From Eubacteriales bacterium (lineage in GTDB: Bacteria; Bacillota; Clostridia; Oscillospirales; CAG-272): a DNA stretch of 26,650 nucleotides. Shown here in pieces: positions 15,276 through 24,927 of this stretch. Under the pieces are notes generated by a model, which saw only the letters and a program-made list of their open reading frames with translations, ran no database searches and was not told the DNA's origin. Positions within the stretch are counted from its first letter, which is position 1; each line of letters starts with the position of its first letter. The stretch covers positions 1 to 26,650 of the forward strand of contig JAZQWE010000001.1 in the NCBI GenBank assembly GCA_045632225.1. The letters are read 5' to 3'. The translations under genes and the position numbers were made by a program.

Positions 15276-16001
15276 ATGAATGCTAACAAATTAAAACTTA
15301 TAGCCTGCATAAGCATGCTTTTGGACCATGCGGGACTTTTGCTTTTTCCCCACCTTTTATGGATGCGTTTTGTGGGCAGACTTGCAATGCCGATATTCGG
15401 ATTTTTTATTGCTGAAGGGGCAAGGTATACATCGTGTCGCACACGCTATTTTTTGCGCACTTTTTCGCTTGGTGTTGCATGCCAACTGATATATTCGGCA
15501 GAGGAAATTCTAAGCGGCGGAATGCGCGAAATATACCTGAATATTTTATTCACGCTGTCAATTGCAATGCTTGTGTGCTTTGCATATATTGATTTTGAAA
15601 AATCGCTTGTAAAGCGTGATACAGCAAAGATTTTTTTGCATTGCGCGATTTTTGTTTTATCTGTAACGCTTGTGATTTTGTTTGATATTTTTTGTACACA
15701 TTCACGCTCGCTTTGCGGCATTAAAATCACCCTTGATTACGGTGCGGCGGGAGCGCTTTTGCCGCTCTTTGCCATCATTGGTAAAACGCCCCGTGCAAGG
15801 CTTGTTTCATTTTGCGTTGGACTTGTACTTTTTATACTTGCGTTGCAAAGTTCAATGTGGTTTATAGGGTTTGCAATTTTTGTAATTCCGCTGTTATTTT
15901 TGTACAATGGACAGCGCGGAAACAGTAAATTCAAGTACGCATTCTATATCTTTTATCCCCTCCACCTCGGAGTTTTGTATTTAATTGACATAATAATTTA
16001 A
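15276..16001 (+). CDS. TraX-family membrane protein (putative acyltransferase)
   Basis: LKLIACISMLLDH, GRLAMPIFGFFIAEG, DYG, LYNGQRG...KYAFYIFYPLHL. ATG 15276 lies 1 nt after the thioesterase stop. Confidence 0.82.
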   Translation: MNANKLKLIACISMLLDHAGLLLFPHLLWMRFVGRLAMPIFGFFIAEGARYTSCRTRYFLRTFSLGVACQLIYSAEEILSGGMREIYLNILFTLSIAMLVCFAYIDFEKSLVKRDTAKIFLHCAIFVLSVTLVILFDIFCTHSRSLCGIKITLDYGAAGALLPLFAIIGKTPRARLVSFCVGLVLFILALQSSMWFIGFAIFVIPLLFLYNGQRGNSKFKYAFYIFYPLHLGVLYLIDIII

Positions 16002-16004
16002 CCG

Positions 16005-16031
16005 ATACCGTCCGATTTGGGCGGTATTTTT
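16005..16031 (+). terminator. Rho-independent terminator
   Basis: ATACCGTCC-gattt-GGGCGGTAT-TTTT. Confidence 0.75.
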
Positions 16032-16032
16032 C

Positions 16033-16061
16033 TTGACATCGCGCGCGAAATTATATATAAT
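16033..16061 (+). promoter_or_regulatory. Consensus sigma-A promoter for the yicC-prkC operon
   Basis: TTGACA (16033-16038), 17 nt, TATAAT (16056-16061), a perfect consensus. Confidence 0.9.
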
Positions 16062-16126
16062 ATATTATTATATTATACTAATATGGGCGAGTTATGCAAA
16101 AAAGTATAATGACGGAGGATTAAAAG

Positions 16127-17014
16127 ATGATCAGAAGTATGACGGCATTTGGCCGAGCAAGAGTAACCACCGAGGAAAAGGACATCACCGTTGAGATTAA
16201 AAGCGTTAACAGCCGCTATCTTGACGCCAGCGTCCGCATGCCCCGCCGTTACGGATTTCTTGAGGACAAAGTAAAGACTTACGCGCAACAGAACGGAATC
16301 AGCCGCGGCAAGGTTGAAATTTATGTCGGCGTTGATACACTCAGCGATACCGAGGTTGAGATTTTGCTTGATGATGCTTATGCAAGCGGTTACATCAAGG
16401 CGCTTGAAGCACTTCGCGACAAGTTCTCGCTTCGCGATGACATCAGCGTTATGGCAGTCGCGCAAAACCGCGAGGTTTTCACAACCAAGCGCGCCGAGGA
16501 TGACGAAGAGGGCGATTGGCAAATGATTAAGGAAGTGCTTGACAAGGCACTTGCCGAGTTTGTAAGCGCAAGAGTGAGCGAGGGCGAGAAGATTGAAAAA
16601 GACATCGCCGCAAAGATTGAGTTCATTCGCGAAAAGGCGGCAAAGATTGCAGAGTATTCCGAAGAGGAAATCAGAACATACAATGCAAAACTTACCGAAA
16701 GAATAAAGGGCTTCCTTGATGACAACAATATTGCCATTGACGAGGCGAGAATTCTTACAGAGAGTGCAATATATGCCGACCGCGTAGCCATTGACGAGGA
16801 ACTTACCCGTCTTAATTGCCACTTCGGCGCATTTTATGACATTCTCGCAAGCGGCGAACCCTGCGGCAGAAAGCTTGACTTCCTTCTTCAGGAAATCAAC
16901 CGCGAAACAAACACCATCGGCTCAAAGGCGCAATGCCTTGATATTGCAAAACTCGTTGTGGATATCAAAGCCGAGCTTGAGAAGATTAGAGAACAGATTC
17001 AAAACATAGAGTAA
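16127..17014 (+). CDS. yicC: YicC/YloC family endoribonuclease
   Basis: MIRSMTAFGR, EIKSVNSRYLD, ISRGKVE, EELTRLNCH, GRKLDFLLQEINRETNTIGSK, ELEKIREQIQNIE. Confidence 0.95.
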   Translation: MIRSMTAFGRARVTTEEKDITVEIKSVNSRYLDASVRMPRRYGFLEDKVKTYAQQNGISRGKVEIYVGVDTLSDTEVEILLDDAYASGYIKALEALRDKFSLRDDISVMAVAQNREVFTTKRAEDDEEGDWQMIKEVLDKALAEFVSARVSEGEKIEKDIAAKIEFIREKAAKIAEYSEEEIRTYNAKLTERIKGFLDDNNIAIDEARILTESAIYADRVAIDEELTRLNCHFGAFYDILASGEPCGRKLDFLLQEINRETNTIGSKAQCLDIAKLVVDIKAELEKIREQIQNIE

Positions 17015-17029
17015 ACCAAGGAGAAAGCA

Positions 17030-17299
17030 ATGAAATTTATCAATGTAGGTTTCGGCAACATGGTTGCGGCAGACCGCGTAGTTGCGCTTGTCAGCCCCGA
17101 TTCGGCACCGATGAAGCGACTTGTCAGCGAGGCGCGCGAGGGCGGACGGATTATTGATGTTACTTGCGGCCGTCGCACAAGAGCGATTATCATTACCGAC
17201 AGCGACCATGTAATTCTCAGCGCAACCCAGCCTGAAACCATTTCAAACCGTCTTGCTGACGAAATTGACGAAACCGAAGTGACCGAGGAGGAAGAATAA
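17030..17299 (+). CDS. remA: DUF370 / RemA (YlzA) extracellular matrix regulator family
   Basis: INVGFGNMV...[11 protein letters not shown]...[24 protein letters not shown]; canonical position between yicC and gmk. Confidence 0.93.
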   Translation: MKFINVGFGNMVAADRVVALVSPDSAPMKRLVSEAREGGRIIDVTCGRRTRAIIITDSDHVILSATQPETISNRLADEIDETEVTEEEE

Positions 17300-17913
17300 T
17301 GGTATTCATCATTTCAGGCCCTGCGGGTAGCGGAAAGGGAACGGTTGTTTCCGAGATTTTGGGCAGAAGCAATTCCTATATGTGCGCTGTCAGCGCTACA
17401 TCGCGCCCGATTTTAAAGGGAGAAGTTGACGGCGTTAACTATCACTACATAAGCCGCGAGGCGTTTGAAGAAAAAATCAAAAACGGCGGTGTGCTTGAGT
17501 ACACCGAGTATTGCGGCAATTACTACGGCACCCTTGTTTCCGAGTTTGAGCGCGCCGAAAAAGAAGGCAAGCATCTTATTTTGGAAATCGAGGTTGACGG
17601 TGCAACACAGATTAAAAAGAAGTATCCGAGTGCGGTGCTTGTAATGGTTACACCCCCCGATGCCGCAGAACAAAGCCGCAGACTTTTCAGCCGCGGCAGA
17701 GATACCGAGGAGTCGATTGCAAAGCGTCTTCGCCGTGCAAAAGAGGAACTTGAGTACCTTTCCTCGTATGATTATCTCATCATCAACGAAAACGGCAAGA
17801 TAAATGAAGCCGTTGATGATTTCTTTGCACTTGCACGCGCCGAGGAACTTGCGGCGGTATGCAATATTGAATTTAAAAATAAATATTTCGGTGTAACCGA
17901 AAAAGGAGAATAA
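17299..17913 (+). CDS. gmk: Guanylate kinase
   Basis: P-loop ISGPAGSGKGT, SATSR...GEVDGVNYHY, YCGNYYGT, LEIEVDGA. TAATG overlap with remA. Confidence 0.93.
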   Translation: MVFIISGPAGSGKGTVVSEILGRSNSYMCAVSATSRPILKGEVDGVNYHYISREAFEEKIKNGGVLEYTEYCGNYYGTLVSEFERAEKEGKHLILEIEVDGATQIKKKYPSAVLVMVTPPDAAEQSRRLFSRGRDTEESIAKRLRRAKEELEYLSSYDYLIINENGKINEAVDDFFALARAEELAAVCNIEFKNKYFGVTEKGE

Positions 17914-17915
17914 TT

Positions 17916-18191
17916 ATGATTAACAAGCCTTCTGTAGAAGCAATGACCAACGACAACCTCAACCGTTACGAACTCGTTATCGCAACCGCAAAATGCGCGC
18001 GTATCATCACCGATGAATATGTTGAGCAGAGAGCGTACGCTGAAAAGCTTATCGAGCGTAAGGAAACCGACAAGCCAATCAGCGCACTCATTGACAAGGA
18101 CATCCGCGATGAAAAGGCTGTAAAGAACGCAGTTGCAAAACTTTATGCGGGCGAGTACAAGGTAGTACACCTTGAAGAAAACAACGACTAA
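17916..18191 (+). CDS. rpoZ: RNA polymerase omega subunit
   Basis: KPS...NRYELVIATAKCAR...AVAKLYAG; directly after gmk. Confidence 0.8.
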   Translation: MINKPSVEAMTNDNLNRYELVIATAKCARIITDEYVEQRAYAEKLIERKETDKPISALIDKDIRDEKAVKNAVAKLYAGEYKVVHLEENND

Positions 18192-18219
18192 AGCAATTTT
18201 AAGGTAAGGAGCGAAAACG

Positions 18220-20445
18220 ATGAAAGGTGCGGTGTATGCAAAGGTATATCTGCTCGATGCGCCAAGCGCGCTTGACAGACCTTTTGACTATCGTGTTCCC
18301 GAACATTTGTCGGGACTTGTTTGCCGCGGCTCACTTGTTTTTGTTCCGTTTTCCGCCTCCAACAAAAAGCGCATGGGCCTTGTCACGGATGTGTCGGATT
18401 TTACCGAAAGTGAGCGCGTAAAGGACATTATTGATGTAAATTTGCGCGTTACTTTTTCCGAGGAGCAACTTGCCGTTTGCGACTTTTTAAAGGAGTACAC
18501 GCTTTGCACCACGGGTGACGCGGTGAGAACCGTTGCGCCCCCGCTTGCGGCGCTGAAAAGTGCCACGGGCGAAAAAAGTGTGGTTTATGCCCGCCGTACC
18601 GATATTGCTTTTTCACCTCGCGGTGAAAAGCAAAGGGCGCTTTATGAGGCGCTTGGGGATGACTTTTTACCCGTCAGCGACATTTATGAGCGCACGGGTG
18701 CAGGCTCTTTGCAACTCAAGGCGCTGAAAGCGGCGGGGGCTGTGGAGGTTAAACTTGAAAGTGTGTGGAGAAATCCGTATGCCGACATTAAGATTGACCA
18801 AAGCAAACAGAATGTGTTAAGCGCACATCAAAAAAAGGCTTTTGACACGCTTTGCTCACTCTATGACACCGATGCGGCGCGATGCGCCTTGCTTTACGGT
18901 GTAACGGGGAGCGGCAAAACCCGCGTGATGAAAGCGATGATTGACCATGCGGTAAAGGGCGGCAAGGGGGTAATTGTTCTTGTCCCTGAAATATCGCTTA
19001 CCCCGCAAACGGTTGGACTTTTTTGCTCGTTTTACGGCGAGCGCGTTGCGGTGCTTCATTCCTCACTCTCCGCGGGTGAGCGATATGATGCATACCGCCG
19101 AATTGAAGCGGGCGAGGTTGGCCTTGTTATAGGTACTCGCAGCGCGGTGTTTGCTCCGATGAAAAACCTTGGCATGATTATAATTGACGAGGAGCAGGAG
19201 CATACATACAAATCCGATATGAGCCCAAAGTATCACGCCCGCGATGTTGCGGCGTTTCGCCTTGGGCGCGCCAAGGGACTTTTGCTGATTGCATCGGCAA
19301 CCCCCTCGGTTGAAAGTTATTACAAAGCAAAAAGCGGTGTTTATGAACTTGTTGAACTTACCGAGCGTTACGGCACAGCAAGACTGCCAGAGGTGTATAT
19401 TGATGACATCCGAAAAAATGCACTCGGTGGCAATCTTTCTCCATACGGCAATTTGCTTGCAGAAAAACTCCGCGAAACTCTATTTTGCGGTGACCAGGCG
19501 ATTTTATTTTTAAACCGCCGCGGTTACAACGCTTTTCTCACATGCCGCGATTGCGGCGAGGCGGTGCTTTGCCCGCATTGCTCCGTTTCGCTCACGCGCC
19601 ACAAGCATGGGAGAAGTGATACGCTTCTTTGCCACTATTGCGGCTACCGTTCATCCATCCCCTCTGTGTGCCCTTCATGCAAGGGAGAGCATCTTGCATT
19701 CATGGGTTACGGTACACAAAAGGTGGAGGAGGAGTTTTACGAAAAATTTGACGGCTCCATCATGCGAATGGATGCCGACACCACCACCAAAAAGAGCGCC
19801 TATGATGAAATGCTCACAAAATTCCGCGCCCACGGCGCAGATGTCTTGCTTGGCACACAGATGGTTGCAAAGGGGCATGATTTCCCCGATGTAACGCTTG
19901 TCGGTGTGCTGAATGCCGATTCCACGCTTTATATGGATGATTTCCGTGCGGGTGAGCGCACATTTTCAATGCTCACTCAGGTTATCGGGCGCGCGGGGCG
20001 TGCCGAAAAGCATGGCACAGCGGTTATTCAGACGATGAACCCCACTCACGAGGTTATAAGACTTGCCGCCGCGCAGGATTACAAGGCGTTTTATGAGCGA
20101 GATATTAAGCTCCGAAAGGCGTTTACCTTTCCGCCGTTTTGCGACATTGCGGTGCTTTCGGTTACATCTTCAAGTGAAACCGATTGCTCAAAGTGCGCGG
20201 TGGAAATATTTGAATTTTTGAAAAAGAAAACTGCAAACGAGTACAAAAATGTGCCAATAATTTCATTTGGCCCGTTTGAGGCAACCGTTTATAAGATAGA
20301 CGAGCGGTACCGAATGCGAATTGTGCTTAAATGCCGTCGGTCAAAGCAACTTTTAAAGTTGCTCTCCGAGGTTATATGCACTTTCGGTACTGCAAAATAT
20401 AAAAATGTCACCTGCGGCGTTGACATCAACCCCACGGGTATATAG
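18220..20445 (+). CDS. priA: Primosomal protein N' (replication restart helicase)
   Basis: FDYRVP, GVTGSGKT, LVPEISLTPQ, IIDEEQE, SATPS, CRDC..CPHC..CHYC..CPSC, GTQMVAKGHDFP, QVIGRAGR. Confidence 0.97.
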   Translation: MKGAVYAKVYLLDAPSALDRPFDYRVPEHLSGLVCRGSLVFVPFSASNKKRMGLVTDVSDFTESERVKDIIDVNLRVTFSEEQLAVCDFLKEYTLCTTGDAVRTVAPPLAALKSATGEKSVVYARRTDIAFSPRGEKQRALYEALGDDFLPVSDIYERTGAGSLQLKALKAAGAVEVKLESVWRNPYADIKIDQSKQNVLSAHQKKAFDTLCSLYDTDAARCALLYGVTGSGKTRVMKAMIDHAVKGGKGVIVLVPEISLTPQTVGLFCSFYGERVAVLHSSLSAGERYDAYRRIEAGEVGLVIGTRSAVFAPMKNLGMIIIDEEQEHTYKSDMSPKYHARDVAAFRLGRAKGLLLIASATPSVESYYKAKSGVYELVELTERYGTARLPEVYIDDIRKNALGGNLSPYGNLLAEKLRETLFCGDQAILFLNRRGYNAFLTCRDCGEAVLCPHCSVSLTRHKHGRSDTLLCHYCGYRSSIPSVCPSCKGEHLAFMGYGTQKVEEEFYEKFDGSIMRMDADTTTKKSAYDEMLTKFRAHGADVLLGTQMVAKGHDFPDVTLVGVLNADSTLYMDDFRAGERTFSMLTQVIGRAGRAEKHGTAVIQTMNPTHEVIRLAAAQDYKAFYERDIKLRKAFTFPPFCDIAVLSVTSSSETDCSKCAVEIFEFLKKKTANEYKNVPIISFGPFEATVYKIDERYRMRIVLKCRRSKQLLKLLSEVICTFGTAKYKNVTCGVDINPTGI

Positions 20446-20457
20446 AAAGGGTTTGTT

Positions 20458-20931
20458 ATGGCTAAATTACAAATCATTAAAGAGGGCGATGAAACCTTGC
20501 GCAAGGCAAGCCGCCCCGTTACAGAGATTACACCGAGAATTCTCACATTGCTTGACGATATGACCGAAACCATGCGTGCGGCAAACGGTTGCGGACTTGC
20601 CGCTGTTCAGGTTGGCATTCTCCGCAGAGTTGTTGTTATCGAAACCGAGGAGTCGGGACTTATCGAACTTATCAATCCCGAAATCGTTAAGGAAATCGGC
20701 GTGCAGGAGGAGGCAGAGGGTTGCCTTTCCGTTCCCGGCAAGTGGGGCGTTACACGCCGCCCTGCAAAGGTTGTTGTGCGCGCGCTCAACCGTAAGGGTG
20801 AAACCGTTGAGTATAAGGGTTCGGGACTTCTTGCAAGAGCGTTTTGCCATGAGATTGACCACCTTGACGGTAAACTCTTTATCGACAAGGGCAATCTTGT
20901 GAGATATCTTGACGCGGACGAGGTTGGCTGA
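20458..20931 (+). CDS. def: Peptide deformylase
   Basis: GCGLAAVQVG, EGCLS, HEIDHLDG. Confidence 0.97.
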   Translation: MAKLQIIKEGDETLRKASRPVTEITPRILTLLDDMTETMRAANGCGLAAVQVGILRRVVVIETEESGLIELINPEIVKEIGVQEEAEGCLSVPGKWGVTRRPAKVVVRALNRKGETVEYKGSGLLARAFCHEIDHLDGKLFIDKGNLVRYLDADEVG

Positions 20932-20932
20932 T

Positions 20933-21868
20933 ATGAGAATACTTTTCATGGGTACGCCCGATTTTGCACTTTTCTCGCTTGAGGCACTTGTTAAAAGCGG
21001 CGAAGAAGTAGTGGGCGTTGTTACCCAACCCGATAAACCCAAGGGCAGAGGATATACACTCACTCCTCCCCCCGTTAAGGTGTATGCTTTGGAGCACGGC
21101 ATTGAAGTTTTTCAGCCGCAGACACTTAAAGACGGCGCATTTCTTGAAACACTTGAAAAACTCAACCCCGAAATGATTGTTGTTGTTGCATACGGCAAGA
21201 TTTTGCCAAAGTATGTGCTCGACTTTCCCAAGTACGGATGCATTAACATTCACGGCTCACTCCTCCCGAAATATCGCGGAGCTTCTCCCATGCAACGCGC
21301 GATTATGGATGGCGAAAAGGTCAGCGGTGTTACCTCCATGTACATGGCAGAGGGACTTGACACGGGCGACATGCTCATCAAAGAAGAGGTTGAAATTGCC
21401 GAGGATGACAATTTTGAGAGCGTGCACGATAAGCTCGGCGCCGCAGGCGCAAGAGTTTTGCTTTTGACTGTTGAGGCGGCAAAGGCAGGCACTCTCAAAC
21501 CCGAAAAGCAGGATGACAGCCTTGCAACACATACAGCAAAGATTGAAAAGGCCGAATGCCTGATAGATTTTACCGAAGATGCACATACTATCCATAATAA
21601 AATCCGCGGACTTTCTCCGTTCCCACTTGCATTTACACATTTGCCAAACGGCAAGATTTTAAAGATTGTAAAGGCGCATTTTGAGGCGGGCAAGAGTGGC
21701 GAGTGCGGCAAGGTTGTACGCGCCGACAAAAACGGTATTGCCGTTTGCGCCAAGGACGGTCTTGTTGTTATTGAAATTGCAACTCCCGAGGGTAAGAAGG
21801 CACAAGGTGCCGCCGATCTTGTAAACGGCAGACAGTTGTCCGTGGGCGATGTTTTAGGAGTAAAATAA
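20933..21868 (+). CDS. fmt: Methionyl-tRNA formyltransferase
   Basis: MRILFMGTPDFA, VVTQPDKPKGRG, VVAYGKIL, NIHGSLLPKYRGASP, LDTGD. ATG at 20933. Confidence 0.97.
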   Translation: MRILFMGTPDFALFSLEALVKSGEEVVGVVTQPDKPKGRGYTLTPPPVKVYALEHGIEVFQPQTLKDGAFLETLEKLNPEMIVVVAYGKILPKYVLDFPKYGCINIHGSLLPKYRGASPMQRAIMDGEKVSGVTSMYMAEGLDTGDMLIKEEVEIAEDDNFESVHDKLGAAGARVLLLTVEAAKAGTLKPEKQDDSLATHTAKIEKAECLIDFTEDAHTIHNKIRGLSPFPLAFTHLPNGKILKIVKAHFEAGKSGECGKVVRADKNGIAVCAKDGLVVIEIATPEGKKAQGAADLVNGRQLSVGDVLGVK

Positions 21869-21869
21869 T

Positions 21870-22556
21870 ATGTTTATTGACCAGTGGTATGTAATTTTGG
21901 TTTTGCCTGCGATAATTCTTTCGCTCTTTGCAAGTGCAAATGTTAATTCCACATTCAAAAAGTATTCGCGCGTAATGTCGCGCCGTGGAATCACGGGCGC
22001 GGAGAGCGCACGGAGAGTTCTTAGCGCAAATGGGGTTTTCGGCGTGCAGATTGAGCATGTAAGCGGCAACCTCACCGACCATTTTGACCCCCGCACAAAC
22101 ACAATTCGCCTTTCCGACGCGGTTTATTCTTCCACAAGCGTTGCGGCAATAGGTGTTGCCGCGCATGAGGCGGGGCACGCCGTGCAGTATGCAAAGGGCT
22201 ATGCACCAATGAAAATGCGCTCGGCAATTATCCCGATTACACAGATTGGCTCAAACCTTGCAATGCCCCTTATTTTGATTGGTATTATTTTAAGCATGCC
22301 CGCTTTGGCAGAACTCGGCATTATAGCGTTCAGTTTTTCAACGCTGTTTCAGCTTATAACCGTACCTGTTGAGTTTAATGCTTCCTCCCGCGCCATTGAG
22401 GCGAGTACAAATGCCTCCGCTGACGCGGCGGAAGTAAACGGCGCTAAAAAAGTTTTGCGAGCCGCCGCTCTTACCTATGTTGCGGCACTTGCTGTATCAA
22501 TTGCAAACCTGCTCCGCCTTATTATGATTGTTGGCGGCGGCAGAAGAAGAGATTGA
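21870..22556 (+). CDS. Putative neutral zinc metallopeptidase (YugP-like, Zn_peptidase_2)
   Basis: LTDHFDPR, AAHEAGHAVQ (HExxH), PVEFNASSRA, AAALTYVAA. Confidence 0.92.
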   Translation: MFIDQWYVILVLPAIILSLFASANVNSTFKKYSRVMSRRGITGAESARRVLSANGVFGVQIEHVSGNLTDHFDPRTNTIRLSDAVYSSTSVAAIGVAAHEAGHAVQYAKGYAPMKMRSAIIPITQIGSNLAMPLILIGIILSMPALAELGIIAFSFSTLFQLITVPVEFNASSRAIEASTNASADAAEVNGAKKVLRAAALTYVAALAVSIANLLRLIMIVGGGRRRD

Positions 22557-22557
22557 C

Positions 22558-23853
22558 ATGGATGTTAGAAAAACAGCGCTTGCATTGCTTCGTGATGCAT
22601 CGCAAAATGACAAATATGTGTCGCTTTCGCTTTCTGCGCTTCTTGAAAATGCAGAGTGCGATGAGCGCGACCGCGCACTCCTTACAACGCTGGTTTACGG
22701 CGTTACCGAGCGCCGCGTGACACTTGATTATTATATTGAAAAATTTGCGGGGCGTCCGCTTGACAAAATAGGTGCAAGAGTGCTTATGACTCTTCGCCTT
22801 GGTCTTTATCAACTCATGTTTTTGGACCGCATACCGCCCCACGCCGCCGTCAGCGAAACTGTTCGCCTTGGCAAAAGTCAGGGCGAGCGCGCGTTTTTAA
22901 ACGGCGTTATGCGCACATATCTGCGCGATAAGGATAAGGTTTTGTTACCGAGTGATGGCGACATGCTTCTTTCGGTAAAATATTCTTTCCCGCTTGATAT
23001 GGTAAAACTCATGCGCGAAAACCTCGGCGATAAAACCGAGGAGGTTCTTTTTGCACTCTCAAAAAATCCGCCGATTACAATTTGCATAAATACACTTGTA
23101 ATGAGCGTTGACAATGCACTTGAAAAACTTTTGGCGTCGGGACTTGCGGCAGAAAAATGCACCGCTCCCCGCGCTGTAAGAATAAAAGGAAATGTGAGTT
23201 TTGCACGCCTTTGCGAAATTCTTGGCGAAAGCGGATTTTTCGTTCAGGACGAGGCATCGCAAATTGCAATCAGCGTGCTTGCACCAAAGAAAGGTGCAAC
23301 ACTTGCAGATGCATGTGCATGCCCCGGCTCAAAGAGTTTCCATGCGGCACTTTTTATGGAAAACACGGGCAGTATAAATTGCTATGATTTGCATGAAAGC
23401 AAACTCTCGCTTATTGAAAGCGGCGCCGCAAGACTTGGCATTGACATAATAAGCGCCGCGTCGCGCGACTCGCGCGAGTGTGACGAAAAACTCATTGGTA
23501 AATGCGACTTTGTGATATGCGATGTACCTTGCACGGGTCTTGGCGTAATGGCAAAAAAGCCCGAGATTCGCTATCACGCGGCAGATTTGTATAAAGAACT
23601 TGCCCCGCTTGGATATGACATACTTTTGGCAAGTGCAAAATATCTTAAAAGCGGCGGGCGCATGCTTTATTCCACCTGCACGCTAACAAAGGCTGAAAAC
23701 GAAGAAAATTTCTACCGTTTTCTAAAAAACAATAAAGAATTTCATTTTGTGGATTTTTCGCTTGGCGAGCATAAAAGCAATGACGGTTGCCTTACGCTTT
23801 TGCCAAACGGCGAACATGACGGATTTTTCATCGGACTTATAGAAAAGGAATAG
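22558..23853 (+). CDS. rsmB: 16S rRNA m5C967 methyltransferase RsmB/Sun
   Basis: NusB-like N-terminus (LRLGLYQL...IPPHAAVSETV), VQDEASQ, DACACPGSK, DVPCTGLG, YSTCT. ATG at 22558. Confidence 0.94.
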   Translation: MDVRKTALALLRDASQNDKYVSLSLSALLENAECDERDRALLTTLVYGVTERRVTLDYYIEKFAGRPLDKIGARVLMTLRLGLYQLMFLDRIPPHAAVSETVRLGKSQGERAFLNGVMRTYLRDKDKVLLPSDGDMLLSVKYSFPLDMVKLMRENLGDKTEEVLFALSKNPPITICINTLVMSVDNALEKLLASGLAAEKCTAPRAVRIKGNVSFARLCEILGESGFFVQDEASQIAISVLAPKKGATLADACACPGSKSFHAALFMENTGSINCYDLHESKLSLIESGAARLGIDIISAASRDSRECDEKLIGKCDFVICDVPCTGLGVMAKKPEIRYHAADLYKELAPLGYDILLASAKYLKSGGRMLYSTCTLTKAENEENFYRFLKNNKEFHFVDFSLGEHKSNDGCLTLLPNGEHDGFFIGLIEKE

Positions 23854-23856
23854 GAT

Positions 23857-24906
23857 ATGGCTAAAATCGACATCGGCTCAATGACACTTAAAGAGCTTGA
23901 AGAATATATAGTTTCAATAGGCGAAAGCCGTTTTCGTGCAAAGCAGATTTACTCATGGCTTTGTCGCGGTGTTGATTTTGGCGAAATGTCAAACCTTTCA
24001 AAGTCCCTTCGACAAAAACTTATTGATGAGTGCTACAGCGGCATTCCGAGTATAGAGCAAAAACTTGTCAGCAAGGTTGACGGCACGGTTAAATACCTAT
24101 TTTCGTTCCCCGATGGGGAGTGCGTTGAGTCGGTAGTTATGTTCTACAAGCACGGCACAACTATCTGTATTTCTTCGCAGGTCGGTTGCCGCATGGGGTG
24201 CAAATTCTGCGCTTCCACAATCGGTGGTAAGGTGCGCGACCTTACTGCGGGCGAAATGCTCGGGCAGATAGCTAAGGCACAGCGCGATGTTGGCGAGCGT
24301 ATCGACGGCATTGTGATGATGGGTATTGGCGAGCCGCTTGACAACTACAATAACGCGATTAAATTTTTAAAACTTGTCACAAGTGAGGATGGACTTAACA
24401 TCGGCGCAAGACATATTTCGCTTTCGACCTCGGGACTTGTTGACAAGATAGCCGAACTTGAAAAAGAGAACTTTCAAATCACGCTTTCAATATCGCTTCA
24501 CGCTTCAAATGATGAGCGTCGCTCATCACTTATGCCCGTAAATAAAAAATGGGGTGTTGACGAGTTGCTTTCAGCGGTAAAACACTATTTTGATGCAACG
24601 GGCAGGCGTGTTTCGATTGAATATACACTCATTGCAGGGCAAAATGACAGCGAGAGAGATGCAAGGGAACTTGGCACATTGCTCCGCAGATATTTTACAA
24701 AGCAGGATGCTCTGCATATAAATCTTATTCCCGTAAACCCCGTAAAGGAAAGCGGATTTTCGCAAGGGGACAGACGGAGTATTGAGCATTTTCAAAAAAC
24801 ACTTTCAGACATGGGACTTACAGCAACGGTGCGCCGCACTCTCGGTCCCGATATAAATGCCTCCTGCGGACAGCTTCGCAGAAAGGCTTCTTCAGCCTCG
24901 GTTTAA
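23857..24906 (+). CDS. rlmN: Radical SAM rRNA methyltransferase RlmN
   Basis: CISSQVGCRMGCKFC, VMMGIGEP, SLSTSG, ISLHA, IEYTLI, NLIPVN, DINASCGQL. Confidence 0.96.
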   Translation: MAKIDIGSMTLKELEEYIVSIGESRFRAKQIYSWLCRGVDFGEMSNLSKSLRQKLIDECYSGIPSIEQKLVSKVDGTVKYLFSFPDGECVESVVMFYKHGTTICISSQVGCRMGCKFCASTIGGKVRDLTAGEMLGQIAKAQRDVGERIDGIVMMGIGEPLDNYNNAIKFLKLVTSEDGLNIGARHISLSTSGLVDKIAELEKENFQITLSISLHASNDERRSSLMPVNKKWGVDELLSAVKHYFDATGRRVSIEYTLIAGQNDSERDARELGTLLRRYFTKQDALHINLIPVNPVKESGFSQGDRRSIEHFQKTLSDMGLTATVRRTLGPDINASCGQLRRKASSASV

Positions 24907-24927
24907 ACCAAGGGGAAAGGAGAGAAG

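Noticed and set aside
15276-16001. TraX as evidence of a conjugative element
   Set aside because: No relaxase, T4SS, integrase or att sites, and the gene is flanked by housekeeping genes.
16073-16822. 249-aa minus-strand ORF
   Set aside because: Antisense shadow of yicC.
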